DNA from: Octopus bimaculoides
Taxonomy: Eukaryota
DNA length: 64,000 nt
NCBI RefSeq assembly: GCF_001194135.2
Contig: NC_068984.1
Span: forward strand, 36,801,870 to 36,865,869
Direction of reading: 5' to 3'
A program made the translations under genes and the position numbers. This document shows, one piece after another, positions 53,403-64,000 of the stretch. Position 1 is the stretch's first letter; every line of letters begins with the position of its first letter. The notes under the pieces were generated by a model, which worked only from the letters and a program-made list of their open reading frames with translations, made no database searches and was not told where the DNA came from.

Positions 53403-53966
53403 GTGATTGCTTTGTTTGTTTATCTAGCGACGAGAGATTTACATTCACTCAGTTCTGATAAAATAGACCTTCAGCAAGGGCCTTATTCAATCATATTATT
53501 GTCTGAATAAACTTAATATATAGTTGAAATTTAGTTTGTTATTTCATACGTGCGTGTATGATAGACTGTTTATATGAACGTGTATGTCTTAAATCAAGTT
53601 TGCTTTATCCGAAATACACTTATAGGTAATATGCTATAAATTGAATACTTGTTAGAATGTCGTTTACTATTTTCTGTAACTATAGTTTTGTGCATGCAAA
53701 AATCCATTTGTTACCGGAGGATAGCACAACACTATATTGTCTGCGCTTAATTTTCACTTTTTAATATATTCTCTGCTTTCATGAACTTTATATTTATATT
53801 CTATGACTTCATACATTCCGTACAATGTTCATAATATTACGGATACAACAATGAAATATACCTATTATATAAATATTTATAATTGTTATTTACATTTCCG
53901 AAAAGTGCTACAGAATCACAAACTCTCTGTTTTACTCAAATTCTTTTGCACTTTAATCCCCTGCAG

Positions 53967-54004
53967 TTCGGATTTATGTTTAATAGCTGTAGGGATGTAT
54001 GACC
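53967..54004 (+). CDS. Possible 38-nt host exon (SDLCLIAVGMYD), unrecognised
   Basis: Strong acceptor TTCTTTTGCACTTTAATCCCCTGCAG, consensus donor C|GTGAGT, exactly one open frame. Confidence 0.35.
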
Positions 54005-54229
54005 GTGAGTATATTTGTGTGTTTTCCTTTTTAGTTGATATTCAATATATTTCTATTTTTCAACAACACAACTGACGGTCACATTTGCCTTTATGTGAAA
54101 CAGAACTTCAATATTTAGTATATTAATATATGCAGGATTGATTTAACATATATATCTCCTACTGAGTAACTTTAGATGTAGGAGACAGAATTATATCAAG
54201 TTAACTTTTGCAAATTGGCACTAGGTTTA

Positions 54230-55110
54230 AGCAAACCTACGGTAAGAGATGATTCAACCTCTATCAAGTGAGATTTTTTGGCAGGTTTCTATTATCCAAT
54301 ATGTCCCTCTTATCTTTAACATTATAGAAGGATCTCTATTTCTATTAGATCTATAGAACGAATAGATATTTTCTTTGTTCTTACATGTAACACCAAGTTG
54401 GATTAAATCTAAACATTTACCTTCCTAATGAATGCATTTTACTTAAGGAATTTTCCATTCCTTCTTTTTTTATTAAGCCGATTTAGCTTCTTTCATCTTC
54501 TTTTGGTGTACATCTAATTTACGAAAGGCACTCTAAAGCTTTTGTACTGAGATCATAGGCTTACGTGTACTTCTCATACTGACTTAATTGAAGACACTGT
54601 CCTATTGCATGTGCTTTAGCTACTATATTTCAATTAATGCTCTTAATACATATGATTCATCTATCCTTGAAACATTATCTTACACATTCATAGCACTGAC
54701 ACTTGGTCATCTCATTTCCACGATACCAATTTGGAATTTCAATTGTATGCACTCAGTTTAGGTTATTAACAGTCATGGCAGTAGATTCTACTTGTTTACT
54801 GTACTACTTTTTTGAACCAGTTCCACTTCTTTATCAACATCCTGCCAAGACTAAAATATTTTTGTTATCCTACTGACCTCCACTCTAGATATTAAGCCGT
54901 TTTTGTTAGAGTGACAAATGCACACTTCTTCTTAATTAATTATATTCCCGACTACACCCTCAGTGACCTCCATGTTCAACCAGTAACTTTTCCCACTCCT
55001 TTTCCTCTAACCATCGCTTCTTCCTTTCCTTGAAACCCTGTATTATTATATGTTTTGTCCTTCGCCCTGTCCTGCGTTCGGAATAACATCTCTCACATCT
55101 CGTGACCTAG
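54230..55110 (-). mobile_element. Possible decayed LINE (endonuclease-like fragments)
   Basis: Purine-rich, coding-like minus strand with RGKGVG and NILVLAG (cf. IILAGDFN); many stops. Confidence 0.25.
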
Positions 55111-56179
55111 TCCACTCGACCTTATTTCTATTTTAACTGAGTGATCTCGAACTGTTTACAGACATATCTCCCAAATGCGCGGGTATGTGTGTGTGATTAT
55201 GTGCGGTGCAAACATTTGAAGAAAAAGATTCCATCGTAGTTAGACATGAAGGAACATAAGAGTTATTGATCCCGACTTGAGGAATTTTAGTCGAATGAAT
55301 AGAACCCTACACACGCACATACATACATACATACATACATACGTACATACATACATACACACATACATATATATACATATATACAACAGGACACAGTAGT
55401 GTGTCGATAAGCCAGCTGGAGGAGATGTCCTCCTGGGGCTAAAGCAACAGTAACATCCACCCCTAGGGGTCAGCCACACTTAAGTGGCAATACACTTCAC
55501 TTTATATATATATATATATNNNNNNNNNNNNNNNNNNNNNNNNNNNNNNNNNNNNNNNNNNNNNNNNNNNNNNNNNNNNNNNNNNNNNNNNNNNNNNNNN
55601 NNNNNNNNNNNNNNNNNNNNNNNNNNNNNNNNNNNNNNNNNNNNNNNNNNNNNNNNNNNNNNNNNNNNNNNNNNNNNNNNNNNNNNNNNNNNNNNNNNNN
55701 NNNNNNNNNNNNNNNNNNNNNNNNNNNNNNNNNNNNNNNNNNNNNNNNNNNNNNNNNNNNNNNNNNNNNNNNNNNNNNNNNNNNNNNNNNNNNNNNNNNN
55801 NNNNNNNNNNNNNNNNNNNNNNNNNNNNNNNNNNNNNNNNNNNNNNNNNNNNNNNNNNNNNNNNNNNNNNNNNNNNNNNNNNNNNNNNNNNNNNNNNNNN
55901 NNNNNNNNNNNNNNNNNNNNNNNNNNNNNNNNNNNNNNNNNNNNNNNNNNNNNNNNNNNNNNNNNNNNNNNNNNNNNNNNNNNNNNNNNNNNNNNNNNNN
56001 NNNNNNNNNNNNNNNNNNNNNNNNNNNNNNNNNNNNNNNNNNNNNATATATATACACATACATGCATATATATATATATATGTATATGTATGTATATATA
56101 TATGTAAGAATATATGCATGTATATATGATTGTTTGTATGTATGTATGTATGCGTGAGTGTATGTGTTTATGCTTTTGC

Positions 56180-56400
56180 GTTCTGGGCTCAAATTCCGCC
56201 GAGGTGGAGTTTGTCTTTCACTCTTTCGGAGTTGATGAAATAAATAACGGCTCGATGTAATCTGCTAGTCCTCCCACCACCACACCCACCCACAGACACC
56301 GTGCCTATAGCAGCAAGGATTATTATTATTGACAGTGAAGTGACAGATTCATTAGCACGCCAGACAAAATGCTTATCGGTAGAGCTTTCATTATTGGTCA
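56180..56400 (+). mobile_element. Degenerate copies of the dominant SINE
   Basis: GGCTCAAATTCCGCCGAGG...TTTCACTCTTTCGG...GATGTAATC, then TTAGCACGCCAGACAAAATGCTTA. Confidence 0.7.
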
Positions 56401-56499
56401 AGCGAATTCACTTTGATATTATTTATCAGTATTTACAAACATATCTCTCGGCTTTTAACCATGTGTTTATACAACATGTTTATTTTAAAGTGAAATTAT

Positions 56500-56830
56500 T
56501 TGTGTAATATCCAGTGGATATGGATACGCATACTTTCATGTTATATGCTGGCTTTGAAATAGTTTGAGGAACTGGAAATAATTCTATTATGTTGATCGCA
56601 TAGTCTACATAAGTCACCTGTTAAGTCTTGGCTTATTTTATTTCGGCAGTTTATATAGTCCAGCATTGATCTTGAGTATCTAGTCAAGAGCTTTTCAGTC
56701 ATTAAAGGTTCACTTAGACCTCTGGCTACCAGAAACCTTTCCATCATGTCTGTACTGTGTTTACACTGTCTGTCCATTTCGTCATTTGCAAATCTCATTT
56801 TCACTAAAATTAGCTTCTGAGTGTATAGAA
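56500..56830 (-). mobile_element. R4/Dong-type LINE fragment (zinc-knuckle region)
   Basis: TEKLL...NCRNKISQDLTGDLCRLC followed by IHWIL matches the TE..L.A.QDQ...N...I....CRLC...IHW.L segment of RLE LINEs. Confidence 0.6.
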
Positions 56831-56999
56831 ATATCCTATCATAGTAATTATCCCCCACACACACATTCTCCCCCTCTTTCTCAAAACACGTGATAGATGT
56901 ATCAATATCGGTTTAAGAGCAATGATTCAGAATGCAGTGATTTTTTTCTTGGTTTCCTTGAGCAATTTCTCTTACAAGGTTATGGCAAATATTTTTATT

Positions 57000-57560
57000 T
57001 TCTCATTTACCAATGTTATTGATGTTTTTCTTTTGATATAGTGTAGTTGATATACTGTATACTGTATTGTGTCACCTTTGTATATTAACAATGCTGTCAA
57101 TATCCTTGCAAAGGCTTTCCTTTTTTGATTTTCTCCTTAGCTATCTTTAACAACTGCTCTATATTAGAATACCTTTACATACATATACACAATGCATTTT
57201 CTGATAATAAGTCTATTCCCGGTAAGATATTATTTTCATGATAAGAAGCTAGGCTATTGAAGAATATAGATGGAAGAGGATCTTGAATTGATAATAAACT
57301 TGGCCATTGGTTTGTAATTTTTGCATACATGATGCTTGTATTTTGGAATATTCGTAGTGTATTCCCTTGTCACAATCAGTCGAGCGTTGATTCCTATACC
57401 TCGAACAATGTGTTGCATACTGATGCCCTAGCTTGATATAATACTCTTTAAGTATTACAACCAGCAATTTGGGACTTGACCAATTTCGAAAGCCTTCTAT
57501 TGGCAAATGTTGTTGATTGATTTGGTAAGTTACCAGCACTTTGTACTCAGCAGGATCGTG
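57000..57560 (-). mobile_element. Possible Penelope-like RT relic
   Basis: Weak fragments: YEYSKIQ (cf. YGLPKIHK), KFIINS and ISTTLY (cf. DFSTLYT). Heavily broken. Confidence 0.25.
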
Positions 57561-60500
57561 ATGCCATTTACTTTCTAAATAAGTTTGTGACTTATATTGT
57601 ACGTTTCCGTTTCATATTTTGTCCCCGTGTTATTCCATTTCAGTTGTTTCCGTTTCTTTAAATGTTATTTTGTATTTTATAATATGGTAGAATGTTTTTG
57701 TATCTTTGGTATTTGGTGCAAATATGAGTTTCTAGTTGAAGAAATTTTCAGATGTGTCAGGTAATCTCATCCAACATGGATCAAGTCTTCCAGGTTTTCT
57801 TTTACTTTTAGAATGTCTTGCATTTCTACCTTGCACTTCTACTATTTGTTATTTCCCTGTTATTTGGTTTGTTTTGTAGGTTTTTGTGGGAGAGTGTGTT
57901 CTCTTTTTTTTTCCTTTCATCAATTTAGTGCCATAGGTTTCATTTCCATTTTTAAGGGCTTGGTTGAGCAGCGATTTACTGTAATAAGTTGAGCCTAGTT
58001 AAACTCGATAGGTATATGCATTGAGCACGTTAATTCATTTAATCTGTTCTGTTTGCTTTGGTGAAGATAATTTATAGGGGCTCCCAGTAATATCTAGATT
58101 TTTATTTACTCGTAGCTAAGAGATAAACTTCTGTTGATCCAGGTTTATTGATTTTGTTGTGGTCACTTCGATTTTATTATTCTGTTGCATATTTGTATTC
58201 CCTTGTTACATTGTGAAGTGTTTTATACTATTTGTTGGAGTATATATTTGTGGCTACATATTTACGCGTTTTATGACATTTCCCTTCCATTTAAAATCGG
58301 TTTTACTCTGCAATTTTCATACTTTTAAAAGCTCATCCGCTACATATGCGTTAGTTACTGTTGTAGTATTTTCTTTTTGTTGTCCGGACTCAGATATTTT
58401 GTGTTTGGTGGTTAATGTTCAGATGGTTTCTATTAGCTTACTTTTTCTTATTGCATCTGCATTTTTTTTTTTTTTTTGGTTTCAATATTTATTCTCTGGT
58501 TGGGTTGTGCTGTTTCTGTTTTAAATATCTGTACATTCCTTAATACATCTGAGTTTAGCTATCTCTTATCTACGTATCGTTTCACCACCAAATTTCATAC
58601 GTCATTTTTATGAGACTAGTGAGTGTTGGTAAAGCGTGCAGTATACTGCTAGCAGTTCCAGTTAATGCTCTGTGGTCAATCCTTCTTTTGTAGTTTCTGA
58701 TTATTATGATAGAGAATAGCATTAGAATGTGTGCTTGGGATCGATAAGCGACTCATGGTATTTGGCTACAGATCTTTGCGTTCTGTGTTTGATATCGTCA
58801 ATATCAATAAAACAAGAGCGTTGAATTCTAAGTTAAATTCAAGCCATATGGAAATCTGAGGTCAAATTACCACCATTCAAACATCATTGTTCGTTAAATA
58901 TGTATTATTAATATTCTGACATAGATTTAATCTATTACCTCCGTACGTATAAAATTATGGCCATGTATTGTAAATGTCAATTTTTATCATTATTGTTTTT
59001 ATTGCTCATATCACAAAGACAAAGTACTAACTGAAATCACTGTTCAAGAGAAAACTACAGTGTAGTAATTATATAGATTGGCTTACTTTCTACGTTTAAA
59101 TGCACCTCGTGTACAACTGATATTCTATATTTCTTTGGTGAATAAAAATTGGTACTAATAATGTTTTCTCCTTGATTAAATAGTATTAATGTGAGACCTT
59201 GTAACAATGTAAGATACTATCACCGTCATTATCCTCGTTATCGTTCTCGGTATCATCATCATCTTCATCATTAGTAGCTGCTGCATTATTCTAACCGTCA
59301 GGTTTCTCTTATTGCTGGAGTAACTACTGCCATTTTACTCGAGTAAGTGGTGCTGACAAACTCCTAGCTTTAGGTAAAAGAAAATACAGGAGGATCAGTT
59401 AATTATGATTTTATTCAATATATTTCCCTCTTAGAGTCACACACTTATTGCAGTGGTCCTTCAGTCTTTCTTAGCCCTGTAAAATTGGGCCTTTTGCGAT
59501 ATTCTTAAAGCCAGAGATTTTTCACCCCTCCCGCCCCCCTTGTATAGTGTATCAGATTAAATGCCTAACAAATTATAGTTTGTCAGGTAATAAATTTCGC
59601 ACATCTACTTTCTGCTTTCAGATATCATGTTAAGTCAGGATTGCATTTTTTCCTTTAGGATCGACTAAAAAAAAACAAAAAAACACAAGACCAGTCAAGT
59701 AGTCAGTTCAATATAATCGACTATATGAGACGGTTGAGCATGGCATCCCTTAAGTAAGTTACGAGGGTATTCTATACAGACCTGTAGCAATTCTATTCCG
59801 CTTAAAATGTTCTCTGCATCATGGTATAGAAGGCCCTCCCACACTTTTATGGATTCGGTTTTAAATCGATAGCAATATAAAATTTACTTCGGTGATAGAT
59901 TTATGGTGATTTTTGGTATCTTCATAGGGAAAATATTTCCAGAATTTTTATTAAAACGCGAATACTCATCCATCCTCGAATGTTTGATTGTCGAAATACG
60001 ACTTCAAATGCTGACAACTCCGAAGAATACCAAAAATATAACGGAATATGTACAGTTACGAGGAGATCCCACTTTGAAACATTCTCCTCTCAAGAACAAA
60101 AAAAAGTTGGACACACCTGACTGGCAATACTAGAAATAAAACCACACGGATGATAAGAAAAATACAAAGACCAAGGTCAGTGGTCCAATGTGCGAAAGAA
60201 GAGATATATATGCGAGCAACAGCCTGCCAACCACAGTAGTAAAATTAGTAGCAGCAGCAATAACAATGACAGGAAAATCTACTACTACTACTTCTACTAC
60301 TACCGCTGCTGTTGTTACTACATAAAAATAACCCAATCGACGAGAACATACACATCATAAAAAAATTAGAACACGCAAAATATATACTGATTTCCCAAGC
60401 GAGAAAGAGAGTTAATAGTATTCAAAAATTCAGAGAAATATACAAATATTGAAGGAGCCACTTACATGCTTCTCTCCCAAACCAAGAATGACGAGCTTAT

Positions 60501-62859
60501 AGGAAGAATATCAGTGTAATACACATGAGAGGAAAAACTGTGAATATCATTTTTTTTTTAAGGGGTTGGCACAAATATTTCGCGGAACCTTTAAAATATC
60601 GCTAAAAATCTGCCAATCCAGACGATCGATGGATTACGTGAATTGGAAGAGATTTTCGGAAAGGTATGGATTTCAAGATATGACCTATTTCACAGGTCTT
60701 AGATGGTAGGTTGGCAGTAGGAACGTCATCTTCAGGTCCAATAGCCATTCACATCGCCACTGACGAAGATTGCTCAAACATCTTCAAGCTCCTAGAAATA
60801 CATTATACTTAGAAAAGGCTCTGCTCAAATTACTAGACGAATAGAACGGCGTTTTTGGCGACCTGGACATAAGATAAAGTAAAGCCTGAAGCAAAGTTTT
60901 TCAATTATTTCTCAAATTAGTTACACAAAAGATACGGACATTTCACTTAATTTAACGTATTATTTTATTTTGTTTTGCAAGTAATGACACTAGATTTATA
61001 TTTGCCTTCAAACTTCTCTATGTTCAGTTTACTAAGTCGCATCCACTCTCTGTGATCAAGGGAATGAGCTACACTAATTAATTGTAAATTAGTAGTCCCA
61101 TGATTATGTGGAAAATATTATTTTTGATAAATTTTTTTTTTTCATTTCACAAGAGTTTGTAAATTAAATAATGCACCTGATAATGTTGTGGACGACTAGC
61201 CGACATGCTCGTTTTTTTATTCTATGAAGAAGTTTTACTCATCTTTAAATTTTTAACATTTAAAGCTGTATATTTTCGATGTATAGACTCCACAATTTAC
61301 GTGATACGCCATTTATTTCATTGAATATTAAGCTGTATTTTGTCATTTTCACGGAAATAGTGTAGCTATTTTTGAGATCTGATAAAAGGAGGGACTTTTG
61401 CCTAGAGTAGAAAAAAAAAAAGAATCATGTAGTTTCGCACCCCGTTCGACTCTGCTTAGCGAAGCTGTGACTGCTGAGTGTAAGTATTTACCTAGCATTG
61501 TAGTTCAAATATTGTTTTAAATGTGAATTTTGAAATAAACACCTAACTTCTTATCATAATAAACTACTTACTAAATACAAAACAAAAAGCTAACTACATA
61601 TCTGATGTAATCGACTTCATGAAAATAACAGACGAATTTTATTCAAATCACACACGGTGTTTTAATATATAGGCCGAATTTTATACTCAGATGCATTATC
61701 TTAAAATATAAAACACGAAATGATTATTGTTCGAAATCCCTTGGATCGTAGGGATCTTCATTAGAGTCTATCTGAGATTTAAACAACAATATATATGATA
61801 TAGACAGTAATAAATGAACAACATACTAATATTTCTTTTCACAAGACAAATGGCTTATCAGCTACCTGGTGTATTTTTATTGCTTATTCTATTCTTGGTC
61901 TACATTTTTGTTGGGTTGAGAATATTTAATGCCCTTTCAATGTTCCTTCATTCATTTAGATATGATCATCAATATTATACCGAATTATTCACGGCATATA
62001 ATAAATCGACCTGATATAATCTCCTAAGCTGTTATATTTAAATGTGTGTTACTATGTGTCTTTAAACGGAACATGGACTTATATGTGTAATGTGTACATA
62101 ATTGTTCATCCATCTGTGTATGAATGTGTCTGTGGTTATATTAAGATTCGACGGGCAAAAAAGATTACAAAATGTGATAAACTGATAAAACAAATACTTA
62201 AAATACGAATCAAATCAATAAAAACTATTGCAACAATTAAGATAAATTAAATAGATAGAAATGTATATTCAAATGGCAAATAAAATATGGTTTCAGTGAT
62301 TTATTTTTCAAATATTCGTATTTCTGAGATTTCTCATTGGTTTACGGCGTAAGCAACTGATTTTGGTTTTATGTTTTGCAAAAGCATAAAAATTGGCAGG
62401 ATTTCTTTTTTCTTTTCTTTAACTTTTCTTGTTTTTATAGCGTGTAGTAAATTTTTATCTCCATATATAATGTGGGATGTGTTGCAAAGATGTTTATGGT
62501 TCATTTGGAAAGAGATAGATATTGTTTGCTCTTCTGAGGGAGGGATTAAATTGTAGGATATTATATTAGTTTCATCATATCATTGCAATCTATTATCTTT
62601 GTATAATAATATTACTATTATGATGAATATTACCATTATTAACAATCGCATTATATTTATCAATATTATTACCTTTATTCAGATTATCATAACATGTTAC
62701 TAATACTATTGTTATAGTTGATCTTGTTGATAGTATTTATATGACTAAGGTTGATATTATCTCAATATTAATATAATCAAACGTGTATGTACGCTTGGTA
62801 TTAAGCACAAGGTTAATATCCATGGATATTGTATAAACGAATGCGCAAGTGTCTTCAAT

Positions 62860-63170
62860 TATGGCCGACTAAATCCTTAAGAGTGGATTTGGTAGACGAA
62901 AACTGAAAGAAATCCGTCGTGTAATTAGATACGTGTGTGTATGTGTGTGTGTGTGCGTGTGCATGTGTGTGTGTATGAGTCTGTGGCTGCGTCTGTGTTT
63001 GTCCCCACCCACCTCCACCGCTTAGCAACCTGTACTGGCGTGTTCAGGACCCCTGTAACAGCGGTTAAGCTTTAAAAAATAAGTACTGGGGATGATTCTT
63101 TCGACTAAACTCTCCAATTCGGTGCCCCACCATAGCTGCAGTCTAATGAGTGAAACAAGTAAAATATAAG
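62860..63170 (+). mobile_element. SINE of the 40765 family, split by a (GT)n tract
   Basis: GGATTTGGTAGACGAAAACTGAAAGAA head segment and AAGTACTGGGG...TTCGACTAA...GGTGCCCCACCAT.GCTGCAGTCTAATGA tail. Confidence 0.65.
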
Positions 63171-64000
63171 AGATAAAACGGCATTTTTGGTTGCATAATT
63201 CAAATTACATAATCAACATTTACTGTCAAATCTTCAGATACGTGTAATTATTAAAGTAATATTATTGAAAGGAAAGTGTATCAGTAGAAATCAGATCGCG
63301 ACTATATCCAATCTGCTCGTGAAATGCACGATAGAGATGTTAGAAGGAAAAGAAACAAAGTATAGAGTAAAATGAGACAGACAGGAAAACATGTTTTACC
63401 AGAATGTTATGAAATAGATGTGGCTGATAGATTTTGTTTCTTCCAATCCATTCTGTCCCTTTAATCTACGTTAAGGAAAGACTGACGTAAAATTTGTTGA
63501 GATGAGCATGAAGTGTGGTCAACTGTGTATTGTAGATATATTTATCCCAGCAGATGTAAACTTTTATTAAATACATATGCATACATATATACAGCCATAC
63601 ACACAGAAACACGCACGCACGCACACACGCACACACGCACACACGCACGCACATATGTATATATGTATATGTGTGTACGTGGGTATATGTGTAAGTGAGT
63701 GTGTGTGTGTGTGTTTATATATATATTCTTAGGGAATATATTAATTTGACTGGTATTTTATACCATTATTTATATATCTAAATATCCTGACACAATAGAA
63801 ACGATCGGCGGTAATGTATGGTGCAATCACCAATTAAAGATGTGCTTTATTGTATTTTTTTTTTCATTTTTATTCTTATTCTAGTTCACTTATACTCTGA
63901 ATTTCTTGAGATTCTAGGCGGTATTTGGATTTATTTATCATACATGAAGAATTATCTTGAATGTTTATTCTACTTGCATTTATTGGTATCTGATTTTTTG

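Larger units (their letters stand above)
11142..56045. other. 16 assembly gaps, mostly at collapsed (TA)n/(CA)n/(CT)n/(ATGT)n microsatellites
   Basis: N-runs at 11142-11151, 11771-12228, 19170-19283, 21077-21208, 22394-22453, 23913-24332, 29712-30068, 33584-33896, 36803-36938, 37524-37533, 41248-41351, 44835-44844, 47224-47905, 49059-49077, 52969-53137 and 55520-56045. Confidence 0.99.

Noticed and set aside
59215-59345. Transmembrane-like peptide and apparent micro-exon
   Set aside because: Derived from degenerate (ATC)n low-complexity sequence.
60595-60663. NLPIQTIDGLRELEEIFGK followed by AG|GTATGG
   Set aside because: Protein-like, but there is an upstream in-frame stop and no pyrimidine-rich acceptor.
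61725-61770. Hairpin ATCCCT/AGGGAT with CTAATGA...CGAAC on the minus strand, hammerhead-like
   Set aside because: G5 and the GAAA segment are both altered and stems I and III do not pair.
9471-63698. Dozens of ORFs rich in YI, CV, HT, LS, YLSI, MYVC or X
   Set aside because: They are translations of (TA)n, (GT)n, (CT)n, (GATA)n, (ATGT)n and N gaps, not genes.

Overview
AT-rich, microsatellite-saturated animal DNA from a gapped short-read scaffold, with 16 N-runs that mostly abut (TA)n or other simple repeats. The SINE repertoire and repeat style resemble an Octopus (cephalopod) genome; this is recognition from memory, not a search result. I found no intact protein-coding gene, rRNA, true tRNA gene or CRISPR array, and most ORFs in the track are translations of microsatellites or gaps. 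The recognisable content is decayed mobile DNA: a CR1-group LINE 3' end, an RTE (BovB-like) LINE, three R4/Dong-type LINE fragments, a roughly full-length mariner relic, a Tc1-like 3' end, a ~3.1 kb hAT element with ends and transposase relic, probable Penelope-like relics, a Helitron-type 3' terminus and many tRNA-derived SINEs. One or two short host exons are possible near 53.3-54.0 kb. The most interesting unexplained signal is a set of hammerhead-ribozyme-like motifs in several unrelated repeats: one canonical core, one with an apparent G3:C8 swap, and one family with CUGUNGA plus an extra A. Most have the short palindromic stem III typical of Penelope-associated dimeric hammerheads. There is also a ~263 bp loop-less palindrome and a ~190 bp inverted duplication. 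All ribozyme calls are hand-folded candidates and have not been tested.
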